Source of the DNA: Anaerohalosphaeraceae bacterium
GTDB lineage: Bacteria; Planctomycetota; Phycisphaerae; Sedimentisphaerales; Anaerohalosphaeraceae
DNA: 64,000 nucleotides
Direction of reading: 5' to 3'
Assembly: GCA_963675525.2 (NCBI GenBank)
Contig: CAXXSL010000011.1
Coordinates: 128,001 to 192,000 of the forward strand
Shown here: positions 41,049 to 50,118 of the stretch, in pieces
Layout of the letters: every line of letters begins with the position of its first letter
How positions within the stretch are numbered: position 1 is the first letter of the stretch
Translations under genes and position numbers: made by a program
The notes under the pieces: generated by a model
Database searches by the model: none
Told to the model about the DNA's origin: nothing
What the model saw: the letters and a program-made list of their open reading frames with translations, nothing else

Positions 41049-42173
41049 ATGAAAAAACTATATTTTTTTCATATTATTACCATCTTGATGATTTTGGCGG
41101 GATGCCATACACAAACACAACCATCTGCTACGGATGAAATCTACTCACCTGTTGGGTTTGTCAAAGGGTTTTCGTGGGGGTGGACCGGCTATCGAGGTCA
41201 GTATGAAGGGCCGGAACCAAAGGAATCCATGCTAAAACTGGCCGCTACCAACGCAAACTTTGTCTGCCTGTCGTTCGGCGCTGAAATGGAAACTTTTGAT
41301 TCGCCAAAAATTCTCTGGTCCAAGACAAATCCCAAGATGGTCACCGACGATGAAATCCGCCAGGCCATTAGATTGGCACGGGATAACAACCTTAAAATCA
41401 TCATGAAGCCTGTTGTAAATGTTCGCGACACAACTTGGCGCGCCTGGATCAAATTCAACAACGAAGACGGTACAAAAAATCCGGAGGCGTGGGAAAATTG
41501 GTGGCAGGACTTCAGGGCGATGCTGCTCCACTACGCCGAAATCGCACAGGAAACAAACTGTGAAATGTTGTGTCTCGGCTGCGAGATGGAAGCCACAGAA
41601 GATGATGAAAACAAGTGGCGTGCCCTCATCGCCGATATCCGAAAGGTTTATACCGGTGTTCTTACATACAACGCCAACTGGGGCAGGGAAGACAACATCG
41701 CATGGTGGGACGCTCTTGATATAATCAGTATCAGTGCATACTACCCCGTTGGCAGTGATGACGCCAATAAGGCACTGGACGCCGGCCTCAGCACAGTCCC
41801 CGAATCGGACAGCACCGTGGAAGCCATCAAAAAACGGTGGCAGCCCATCAAAGAGAACCTGGCTGTCATAAGCGGTAAATACAACCGCCCCATTCTGTTT
41901 ATCGAACTGGGTGTTTGCAGCGCAAAAGGCTTCAGCGCCGCACCCTGGACACATCACCAACCAGATGCCATTTATGATGGAGATGAACAACGGAGATTTT
42001 ATCAGGCCACAATGGAGACATTCTGGAACGAGCCGTGGTTTGTTGGATTTACCTGGTGGGCCTGGTTGCCGCACTTATACACACCCGAGGAGGCAAAAAG
42101 CCATACGGGGTTTTGCATCTATGGTAAACCGGCGGAAAAAGTGGTGACTGAATGGTACAGGAAATCCAGATAA
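41049..42173 (+). CDS. GH113 beta-mannanase, lipoprotein
   Basis: LAGC lipobox; KPVVN, WRAWI, LGCEM, TYNANW, ISAYYP, FIELG, YGKPAE. Confidence 0.88.
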   Translation: MKKLYFFHIITILMILAGCHTQTQPSATDEIYSPVGFVKGFSWGWTGYRGQYEGPEPKESMLKLAATNANFVCLSFGAEMETFDSPKILWSKTNPKMVTDDEIRQAIRLARDNNLKIIMKPVVNVRDTTWRAWIKFNNEDGTKNPEAWENWWQDFRAMLLHYAEIAQETNCEMLCLGCEMEATEDDENKWRALIADIRKVYTGVLTYNANWGREDNIAWWDALDIISISAYYPVGSDDANKALDAGLSTVPESDSTVEAIKKRWQPIKENLAVISGKYNRPILFIELGVCSAKGFSAAPWTHHQPDAIYDGDEQRRFYQATMETFWNEPWFVGFTWWAWLPHLYTPEEAKSHTGFCIYGKPAEKVVTEWYRKSR

Positions 42174-42530
42174 CAGAATAATCTTAACATCGACCTGATT
42201 TCGGCGGGCTGCCATGGAAAGATTGACAAACGTGTTCCGATATGGCTGGAAAACGGCATCAATATAATGTTCCCGGTCGAAGTCAGCCGTTGGCGGGCCA
42301 GTATCGCCCCATGGCGCGAAATATACGGTCAGACAATTCGTGCCATTGGCGGCGTCCAAAAAAATGTATTTGCTCTGGACAAAAAAGCCGTTGATGATGA
42401 AATCCAGCGGGTCCGCCCACTCGTGGATTTAGGAGGGTACATCCCCTGCCCCGACCACTATATCCCTCCTGAGGCCCAATGGCCGCTGGTCAAATATTAT
42501 GGTGAAAAAATGCGTGGCATGCTTGCATGA
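42174..42530 (+). pseudogene. C-terminal remnant of a uroporphyrinogen decarboxylase-family gene
   Basis: Open frame starts right after the GH113 stop: IDLISAGCHGKID..WLENGINIMFPVEV..GGYIPCPDHYIPP; no N-terminal two-thirds. Confidence 0.75.
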
Positions 42531-42678
42531 ATGAATCATAACCCCTTACGGAAACAGGAGATAGAACTCTCTTGTACATTGAAATGAATTGTCAAAATAT
42601 CCGAACAATTCTAATAGAATCTTTTGAATATTTATGTTAGAGTGACTCTTGAATTGATAATTAATTTTTTTGGAAGCC

Positions 42679-43710
42679 ATGAAAAAAAAATCACAAGTCA
42701 GTCTCAAGCAGATAGGTGAAGCAACGAATCTGTCGATCACCACGGTCTCGCGGGTTTTGCGGGGACAAGGCGAAATCTCGGAAAAAACACGCCAGAAGGT
42801 CCTCAAGGTAGCCAGAGAATTAAATTATCGCCCCAATTTACTTATCCAGGGAATCCAGACGGGCAGAACCGGCAACATCGGCGTCATGGTTCCTCCATAC
42901 AATCCTTACTGGACAGAGGTCCTCAAGGGGATTCATGACCAACTGGTCGAAGCAGACTATGCTCCAATTACTCTTTGGGACGATTCAGACGTAGCCGGAG
43001 ATGACACCGAAGCGTTCATGCTCAAGCAGATGCATCGGCTGATTGACAGACGAGTGGATGGGGTCATTCTCTGGCCCAAGGTCAGCGAAGTCTTCGGCGC
43101 ACATTTAGATGAGTTGGAAAGTCGACAACTGCCGGTAGTAACAATTGACCACGAATTGCCTTTTGCTGATTCCGTTGTGACAGATGAAGAAGTAGGAGCA
43201 TCTCTTGTCGCCAAGCACCTTTATGATTTGGGACATCGGCGAATCGGACACCTAGCCGGAGAACCACACTGGACATGGGCCAGGTTAAGGCGTGAATGTT
43301 TTGAAAAAAAACTCGCTCAATATTCCGAGACACACTGTATTACCGTTGTCGGTTCCGACGAAGCCAAGCATATCCCAGCCGCAGCAAGAGAGCTTTTATC
43401 CGTCACCCCAAGGCCCACTGCGATATTTGCCTGCAGCGACTGGGTGGCATTTGAAATATATAATGTCGCCATGGAAATGGGAATCCGAATTCCCGACGAT
43501 ATCTCGATTGTAGGCTACAGTGATACCTATAAGCTGTCTCAATTCATTAACCCTCCCCTAACAACAGTGCGTCAGAAACCTCGTAAAATCGGTCGCACCG
43601 CGGCTAAACTCATGATCGAACAGTTGAATTCGGAATCAGCATCACAAACACAAAAACATGTTAACATTAAATGTGAGCTAACTGTCCGGGAATCGACACG
43701 CCGGATTTAA
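42679..43710 (+). CDS. LacI-family transcriptional regulator
   Basis: SLKQIGEATNLSITTVSRVL, LNYRPN, IPDDISIVGY, PLTTVRQ; ORF track start 42670. Confidence 0.95.
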   Translation: MKKKSQVSLKQIGEATNLSITTVSRVLRGQGEISEKTRQKVLKVARELNYRPNLLIQGIQTGRTGNIGVMVPPYNPYWTEVLKGIHDQLVEADYAPITLWDDSDVAGDDTEAFMLKQMHRLIDRRVDGVILWPKVSEVFGAHLDELESRQLPVVTIDHELPFADSVVTDEEVGASLVAKHLYDLGHRRIGHLAGEPHWTWARLRRECFEKKLAQYSETHCITVVGSDEAKHIPAAARELLSVTPRPTAIFACSDWVAFEIYNVAMEMGIRIPDDISIVGYSDTYKLSQFINPPLTTVRQKPRKIGRTAAKLMIEQLNSESASQTQKHVNIKCELTVRESTRRI

Positions 43711-43716
43711 AGTGAT

Positions 43717-44907
43717 TTACGAATTGTGCTTTCGTTGTTGATTCTTTCTGATCAACCCAAGCCGCTGTTGCACAGAAGCATACGTCCGACCCGCATCAGA
43801 TGGAGTATTCGTTACATAATCAATCAAAAGATCAAGCGTGGATGTCGCCACATGCGTGCGTGTATCCGAGGATGCATAATAGATATAGACCGTTCCGTCA
43901 TCATCTGCGATCCAGCCGTTGCAGAACAGAACATTAGAAACATCCCCGACCCGTTCGCAACCTTCCGGTGCCATGAAATAACCTCCCGGCATATGGGTCA
44001 CTTTCCAGGGGTGGTTCGGATCGGTCATGAACAGATAAAGTACATAGCGAAGACCGGCCGCCGTATTCCGAACGCCATGCGCACATTGCAACCAACCTTT
44101 TGATGTTTTCAGCGGAGCTGGACCAAGCCCGTTTTTGGATTCTTTTATCGTATGATAAATTCTGTCATCGATAATAATTTTATTGTCGACCTTCGCATTT
44201 TCAATGGTGTCAGACAAGCCCCAGCCAATGCCGCCTCCGGAACCGGCTTCGATAAAGCCATCCTGTGGACGCGTGTAAAAGGCGTATTTCCCCTCAATAA
44301 ATTCGGGATGCAGAACAACATTGCGCTGCTGGGGTGACGGCGATTGAAGATTGGGTAGCCGCTCCCAATGTTTCATGTCTTTTGTACGCGCAATCCCCGC
44401 CTGGGCAACCGCCGACGACGTATCACTGGCAGGTGCCTGAGGGTCTTTGGATTCAACACAGAAAAGCCCATAGATCCAACCGTCTTCGTGCTGAACCAGA
44501 CGCAGGTCGTACACATTTGTTTCGGCTGGTGACAATTCGGGCATCACAACGGGCTCGTCCCAAAATACGAAGTTATCAATTCCATTCGGACTTTCGGCAA
44601 TTGCAAAAAATGACTTTCGATCTGTACCCTCAACTCTAGCGGCAACACAATAGTTGCCCTGAAATTTAATGGCCCCGGCATTAAACACGGCATTAATCGC
44701 CAATCTTTCCATCAAAAAAGGGTTGTCCTGCGGACTCAGATCATATCGCCATTCAATTGGGACATGCTCAGTCGTCAAAATCGGATTTTTATAGCGGTGG
44801 CATATGCCGTTCGTCTCAGATATTTCTTCATTAATGAGTGAAAGGTATTGACGTTGTCTCAAATAGAGTTGCTTTAAACGACTGTTGTATGTGTTTCTAT
44901 CCGCCAT
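43717..44907 (-). CDS. GH130 4-O-beta-D-mannosyl-D-glucose phosphorylase
   Basis: [49 protein letters not shown] track start 44955. Confidence 0.92.
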   Translation of the reverse strand: MADRNTYNSRLKQLYLRQRQYLSLINEEISETNGICHRYKNPILTTEHVPIEWRYDLSPQDNPFLMERLAINAVFNAGAIKFQGNYCVAARVEGTDRKSFFAIAESPNGIDNFVFWDEPVVMPELSPAETNVYDLRLVQHEDGWIYGLFCVESKDPQAPASDTSSAVAQAGIARTKDMKHWERLPNLQSPSPQQRNVVLHPEFIEGKYAFYTRPQDGFIEAGSGGGIGWGLSDTIENAKVDNKIIIDDRIYHTIKESKNGLGPAPLKTSKGWLQCAHGVRNTAAGLRYVLYLFMTDPNHPWKVTHMPGGYFMAPEGCERVGDVSNVLFCNGWIADDDGTVYIYYASSDTRTHVATSTLDLLIDYVTNTPSDAGRTYASVQQRLGLIRKNQQRKHNS

Positions 44908-46144
44908 AAATATATGATCCATTGGGGTAATGGTGCTTTGAAAGCAAAGCATCAATACGTTTGATTACTTCAAGACAAGCTCTTATGTTATGATAGGGGC
45001 TCTTCCATATCGACACCTTTGGGTAGCCGTCATCAGGAACGCCATGGGAATCAACCTTCCAATACCATTCGCCATGTTTTCTATCGGCAAGGAATTCCTG
45101 AATAAAATCCCATATAGAAAAAACCGTTTCACGATATTCATCCTGACCGGTAATTTCCCAAGCATTAAGAAAACCAACAAGTCCCTCAGCTTGCACCCAA
45201 AAATGCTTATCGGTGTCCAGATTTCCCTGTCCATCTATTTCATAATTTAAACCACCTGTCCCCAATCCTTCGGAATAGACACTTTCCGCAAGCTTTCCCG
45301 CGATATATTCATAGCGAGTCAGTATTTCCGGATCGCCCAAGACTTTTGCAGCCTCATGGATCAACCAACTGGCTTCGATTTCATGACCGAAAGAAATCCC
45401 CTGTGAGCGAACATTCCAAGCATCATCAAAAAATAGTCCGAAGTGCCCCGTATCCGACTGAATGATCTTTTCACGAAATATCTCTAATAACATTATTAAC
45501 CGATATTTAAGCACATTATCTTCACAGATAGAGTAGAGATTGGTAAATGCTTCAAGAGTATGCAGATGCGTATTCATCGATTTACATTCATTCATGTCCT
45601 TGTCACTTAACCGCTGATCTTCAGCAAGGGTCCAGTTCCTTTCGCAGACCTCGTAATAGCCCAGATTATTTTTATCGAACGCATGTTGCTCCAAATGCAT
45701 AAACAACTCTATGGCTTGATTTCGAATTGCCGAATGCGGGTAACATTTATAGAACTCACTCAGAGCATAAATTAAAAATGCCTGCCCATAAGTTTTTTTC
45801 TTAGTATCATCCGGTTGACCTTCCGTAGAAAGCAGCCAATAGGCCCCACCAAACTCCTGATCCAGAAAATGAGCTTTAATATATACATAGCATTCTCTGG
45901 CAAGCTTTAAATACTTAAGGTCAGATTTAAAACGGTAAAGTGATGAAAATGTCCAGAGCAAACGAGCATGAAACACCAGCCCTTTAGACGTCGACTCTTT
46001 CACAAGATCATTCGACATCCTGCTGGTAAATCCATTCTCTCTATCCTTTACATGTGTCAGCCAGAATGGTAATAAATTCATTTCCAATTCATGGTTAACA
46101 GCTTGACGAAGCGATTTAAATGTATTCTGTACTGTTTTCATCAC
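44897..46144 (-). CDS. Cellobiose/mannobiose 2-epimerase (AGE family)
   Basis: [43 protein letters not shown]. Confidence 0.92.
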   Translation of the reverse strand: MMKTVQNTFKSLRQAVNHELEMNLLPFWLTHVKDRENGFTSRMSNDLVKESTSKGLVFHARLLWTFSSLYRFKSDLKYLKLARECYVYIKAHFLDQEFGGAYWLLSTEGQPDDTKKKTYGQAFLIYALSEFYKCYPHSAIRNQAIELFMHLEQHAFDKNNLGYYEVCERNWTLAEDQRLSDKDMNECKSMNTHLHTLEAFTNLYSICEDNVLKYRLIMLLEIFREKIIQSDTGHFGLFFDDAWNVRSQGISFGHEIEASWLIHEAAKVLGDPEILTRYEYIAGKLAESVYSEGLGTGGLNYEIDGQGNLDTDKHFWVQAEGLVGFLNAWEITGQDEYRETVFSIWDFIQEFLADRKHGEWYWKVDSHGVPDDGYPKVSIWKSPYHNIRACLEVIKRIDALLSKHHYPNGSYIYGG

Positions 46145-46289
46145 TTTTTATATTCACATATCCATATTGATTCACAATTAAATTCTGGAAAAACTCTGCT
46201 TTCTCCTTTTTTAGACCTATATTCCATTTTATACCTAGGTTTTCATCCGCATGTATCATCGTAACAGATATACCCGCCAACAATCTTTT

Positions 46290-46318
46290 ATTATACTTTT
46301 ATTAATATAGAAAATCAA
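46290..46318 (-). promoter_or_regulatory. Sigma70-type promoter for the epimerase/phosphorylase pair
   Basis: TTGATT-17 nt-TATAAT; near-palindrome GTTGATATTAAC at 46344-46355 just upstream. Confidence 0.5.
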
Positions 46319-46536
46319 GAAAAAAAGCTAAACAAATATTTGCGTTGATATTAACACGAACATTTTCGTTAAAACGACCCTATTGGCCGGATTAAAGCGA
46401 TTTTGATTTCATAAATTAGAGCCAATTCTTACGGTGATTTCACCGGAAATCCACTGTAATGCTCTCTTGCTTGACTTGGGACCTTGATTGCCAGGCCGCA
46501 GTATGCTTTCAGCAGTAATGCAGATCAATTCGATAT

Positions 46537-48678
46537 TTATTTCTTTTTGCGTTCGACAAGATACCACATTGTACCATATTCAGGCTTGAGACGTAATACA
46601 TTCTCCATGACAGCGAACTGTTCTCTGATCGTTCCGTCGGGTTTTAATATTTTGCATGTCATTGTGTGTCCAGTTATTGAAGACGGCAATTTGACTGACC
46701 CTTCGACCGGTTCGATCAGGACGGGTGCCCTGCCCCAATGGTTTCCGATAGTGCGGCGGTCTTCAGAAAATTTCATGTCTGTATTTTCACAACGGCCACA
46801 GGCGGTAATGAGTATTTTTGTACTACTCCCGATGGGTTTTCCATCCAGCGATGTGATTGTCATTACGATAAAACCGGGGTGGTCAATTTTCACAAATACA
46901 TCCTCAACGACAGACTGAAACCATTTTGCGCTTCCGGCCATGATACGGCATTGATCGTTTCGGACCAGGTATAAACCTTCATCGCCAAGGGCACTCCATG
47001 TTAGATTGGCTTTTTCTGCCGGATTTACTTCGGTTGGCCGTTGCCGGATTTTTTTCGGATGATATGGGGCATGATAGAACGCTGTCGAAACCATATAGGG
47101 ATAGATTGGTCCAAAAAAAGCCAGCATGTTCTGCTCAATTTCCCAATGAACACGTACCAGACTTTCGGTAATATTTGCCTCTGAGGTCGTCAAAGCAGCT
47201 AGTGTCTGTTCGGCAAAAGGTTTCAACCCGACATCTCGAAAAATCGCCGCACCTGCCTGCATAAATCCCCACTTGGAAGGATTTGTGTCAATGTCAAAAA
47301 AATTACTGAGATGCTTGCGGCCCCACTGGTCATTCTCATGGGAATAAGTGTATAACCAAAGGCCATCCCAGTCCTGGGCCGCCGCAAACGAGGCAATCAT
47401 CGGCACACACTCGGCTTGTGAATCCAGCGGCGCTGAGTGGTTATATTCGGTTACGGTAAAAGGCTTGCCTTCCATCCGCTGTGCGGCCAATCGAGGCAGA
47501 ACACTTTCTTGCGGGCGGTAGCTCATCGGTTTTTGGTTAATGAACCAATCGGCCTCATCCCAGTCACGATTGGGAAATTTCGGATGTTGCCAATAGGCAT
47601 GGCTGTCAATAAAATCCATGTTGCTTTGTGTATAAAGACTCATTGGGCTAAAAACAATGGTGCCGGTAATCATCGCCTTACAATTCAGCTCATCGGTGAG
47701 GAATCGTTTCATCTCATCATAGTAGGTCTTTTCGGTTTCCGCCAGAAATACCATGCGATCAACCTTGCGGTGTGTGGATTCACTCTCAGCGAAGACTTGG
47801 ATGTTTCCTTCTTTCAGAGATTCACTGCTCATTGTACCGCACGGCGCACCGGAATCCGGTAGCCATGCTTTTTTCAAATTATCGACTGTACTGTATTTTT
47901 TCATCAGCCAGACATTGTATTGCTCTTGCAGGAGTTGAGCATAAAAAGGGGGCAAATTTCGCAGCGTATGCTCGGCATTCCAGTTTGATAAATTATTTTC
48001 ATTCCCATCGGACATAAATACGCTGTCTTCATTCGAAATTTCCACGATTGCAACAGCGTAATCCTCGGCATATGTCATGTTCTCGCGATACTTGTTCCGG
48101 CGGGTCAACAGGCGGCAGGCATATTCTTTTTGAGCTTCCATCAATTGCGGTGTAAAAAGATCCACCACTTTGTCAAACTCCCGCCCCGATTCCGGGATAT
48201 CCAGGTCGATACTGAATTTCTTGCCAACATGTAGATTGATATTGGTGTAAATACCGTGCTTGGCCAGTTGGTCAATGAGAAAATCGAGTCGGTCCAGGGC
48301 CTCCGGATGAAAGTCTTTGCCATTTTTATCCCAGATACCATAGGGCCAGTTTCGAGTATCCATGTGATGGCAGCGGACAGAATTGACCCCCGCTGCAGCC
48401 AGACGCTTAACCAACCGCCTGGAATCCTCATGTGTGGGGAAATTGGCAGCAAAAGACAGATTCACACCCCAAAGACGAATTCGTTGTCCTGATTGGTTAT
48501 AAAAGTGGGACTTTGCACACAAGCGGTCTTTGGACTCCAGAGGATGGAAAGTCATTGCAATTTCCGACTCGGGATGTATATCGGCAGGTATTACAAACGG
48601 GACCATTTCTGCTGCAACTTTAAAAAAAGGCAAGAGTGGAAATAGCCCCATAATTACCAAAATGTTTAATTTCTTCAT
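46537..48678 (-). CDS. Secreted clan GH-A (GH5-like) glycoside hydrolase of unclear specificity
   Basis: RLWGVNL, SVRCHHMD, INLHV, EISNED, DSHAYWQHP, TVTEYNH, QDWDG; ORF track start 48693. Confidence 0.72.
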   Translation of the reverse strand: MKKLNILVIMGLFPLLPFFKVAAEMVPFVIPADIHPESEIAMTFHPLESKDRLCAKSHFYNQSGQRIRLWGVNLSFAANFPTHEDSRRLVKRLAAAGVNSVRCHHMDTRNWPYGIWDKNGKDFHPEALDRLDFLIDQLAKHGIYTNINLHVGKKFSIDLDIPESGREFDKVVDLFTPQLMEAQKEYACRLLTRRNKYRENMTYAEDYAVAIVEISNEDSVFMSDGNENNLSNWNAEHTLRNLPPFYAQLLQEQYNVWLMKKYSTVDNLKKAWLPDSGAPCGTMSSESLKEGNIQVFAESESTHRKVDRMVFLAETEKTYYDEMKRFLTDELNCKAMITGTIVFSPMSLYTQSNMDFIDSHAYWQHPKFPNRDWDEADWFINQKPMSYRPQESVLPRLAAQRMEGKPFTVTEYNHSAPLDSQAECVPMIASFAAAQDWDGLWLYTYSHENDQWGRKHLSNFFDIDTNPSKWGFMQAGAAIFRDVGLKPFAEQTLAALTTSEANITESLVRVHWEIEQNMLAFFGPIYPYMVSTAFYHAPYHPKKIRQRPTEVNPAEKANLTWSALGDEGLYLVRNDQCRIMAGSAKWFQSVVEDVFVKIDHPGFIVMTITSLDGKPIGSSTKILITACGRCENTDMKFSEDRRTIGNHWGRAPVLIEPVEGSVKLPSSITGHTMTCKILKPDGTIREQFAVMENVLRLKPEYGTMWYLVERKKK

Positions 48679-48834
48679 TATCAAGTTTTCCAATTAAGAT
48701 TCATAGATCTGATCATTTTCACTTGTCGAGACTGTAACAATATCAGCCGCTTTTCGATCACTCTTCATTTAAAAGTTTAGTGCATAATTGTGAAAATATT
48801 AGACGGACGGACAACGAATCCGTGCGTCGGCGAT

Positions 48835-49599
48835 TCACGGTTGGGCTTTAATTCCCATAAGTATGTCGGATAGTTCAGTGTGGATGTGACCATTGGTGCC
48901 AAGGGTTTCGACGGGGATGTTATTGGGCTTACCCGCAAAATCGGTAACAGTTCCGCCTGCCTCCTGAAGGATGAGCATCCCGGCGGCCATGTCATAGATT
49001 TTCAAATTCAATTCCCAGTATCCATCCATCCTGCCGCAGGCAACATAGGCCAGATTGATCGCCGATGAACCATACTGGCGGACTCCACGGATGATGGGGA
49101 CAATCTTGTTGAAATAGGACAGATTGTGATGCGGTTTATAACCGAAGTCGGTGGCAAGAACGCACTCTGAAAGTGCGTTGCGATCGGAGGCATGGATTGG
49201 TTTCTCATTTAATGTGGCCCCTTTGCTTCTTTCGGCCATGAACAGTTCACCCAGCACAGGGATGTTGACCGCAGCCAAAACCAACTCACTATTTTTTTCC
49301 AGTGCAATGGAGTTACTGAAGAAGGGCTGATCATGCACGAATGAGGTGGTTCCATCGATGGGATCGATGACCCAACGGTATTCATTGCCGGCGTGTGTAC
49401 CTGATTCTTCGCCGAGAATGCTATGGTACGGATAAGTCTGTTTGATCTGTTCTACGAGATACTTTTCCACGGCGACATCGGCTTCAGTCACGATTTCTTT
49501 TTCGCTTTTGCGGTCGACCTGAACAGTCGACAGTCGGGCTTTATAGTCCATTGCGATCTTTCCCGCTTGGATACTGATCATTTTTAAGAATTTTTTCAT
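48835..49599 (-). CDS. suhB: Inositol monophosphatase family protein
   Basis: VTEAD, GEE, WVIDPIDGTTSF, GSSAINL, YDMAAG. Confidence 0.9.
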   Translation of the reverse strand: MKKFLKMISIQAGKIAMDYKARLSTVQVDRKSEKEIVTEADVAVEKYLVEQIKQTYPYHSILGEESGTHAGNEYRWVIDPIDGTTSFVHDQPFFSNSIALEKNSELVLAAVNIPVLGELFMAERSKGATLNEKPIHASDRNALSECVLATDFGYKPHHNLSYFNKIVPIIRGVRQYGSSAINLAYVACGRMDGYWELNLKIYDMAAGMLILQEAGGTVTDFAGKPNNIPVETLGTNGHIHTELSDILMGIKAQP

Positions 49600-49881
49600 T
49601 ATTTAACTGAGAATTCCCATATAATATTTCGTATCTTAACTCAGCCACACCGCTGAGCCCGTAAGGGACTGTCAAGCATCTTTCGCCCTTTTTATCTTCG
49701 TTCTTTCAATGGTCATGGTTACTCTTTGCCTTCCACCCCCCGGAGTGGAAAGTTTATATCTGTTGTACGTCTTCAAAAGCCTTGAGACAAATTAGAATTT
49801 TTCGTTAGAGACGATTTTGGTTCCGTTTTCATTATTCTACTGTTTACTTTCTTCCTTTCAAGAACTGTTTTTGCCTTCAAT

Positions 49882-49989
49882 TTAGCTCGCTGTGTCAGGA
49901 GGCCCAAGGTGACTTGAAGGACAATTTCCAATGACAATTTTATCAATGATGACGCCCGGATCGTGAACCGCCGACAAACGGATTTTCAG
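49882..49989 (-). pseudogene. Short remnant resembling a GH115 C-terminus
   Basis: Startless frame LKIRLSAVHDPGVIIDKIVIGNCPSSHLGPPDTAS* resembles the DPGVV..KIV..SYLGPPES end of GH115. Confidence 0.5.
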
Positions 49990-50118
49990 GCAGTTTTCTG
50001 GCAGAATTTATCTTTATTTTTTTTGTTACCTTTTTCATAAGCAAATCATACTAATTTTTTTGCTTTTTGAATGACGCAATTTTCGGAGGGAAGGTCAAGT
50101 ATTGAGTGGGTCTGCTGT

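Noticed and set aside
49640..49752. Small hairpins upstream of the IMPase gene as a riboswitch or ncRNA
   Set aside because: Short stems with no recognisable aptamer consensus
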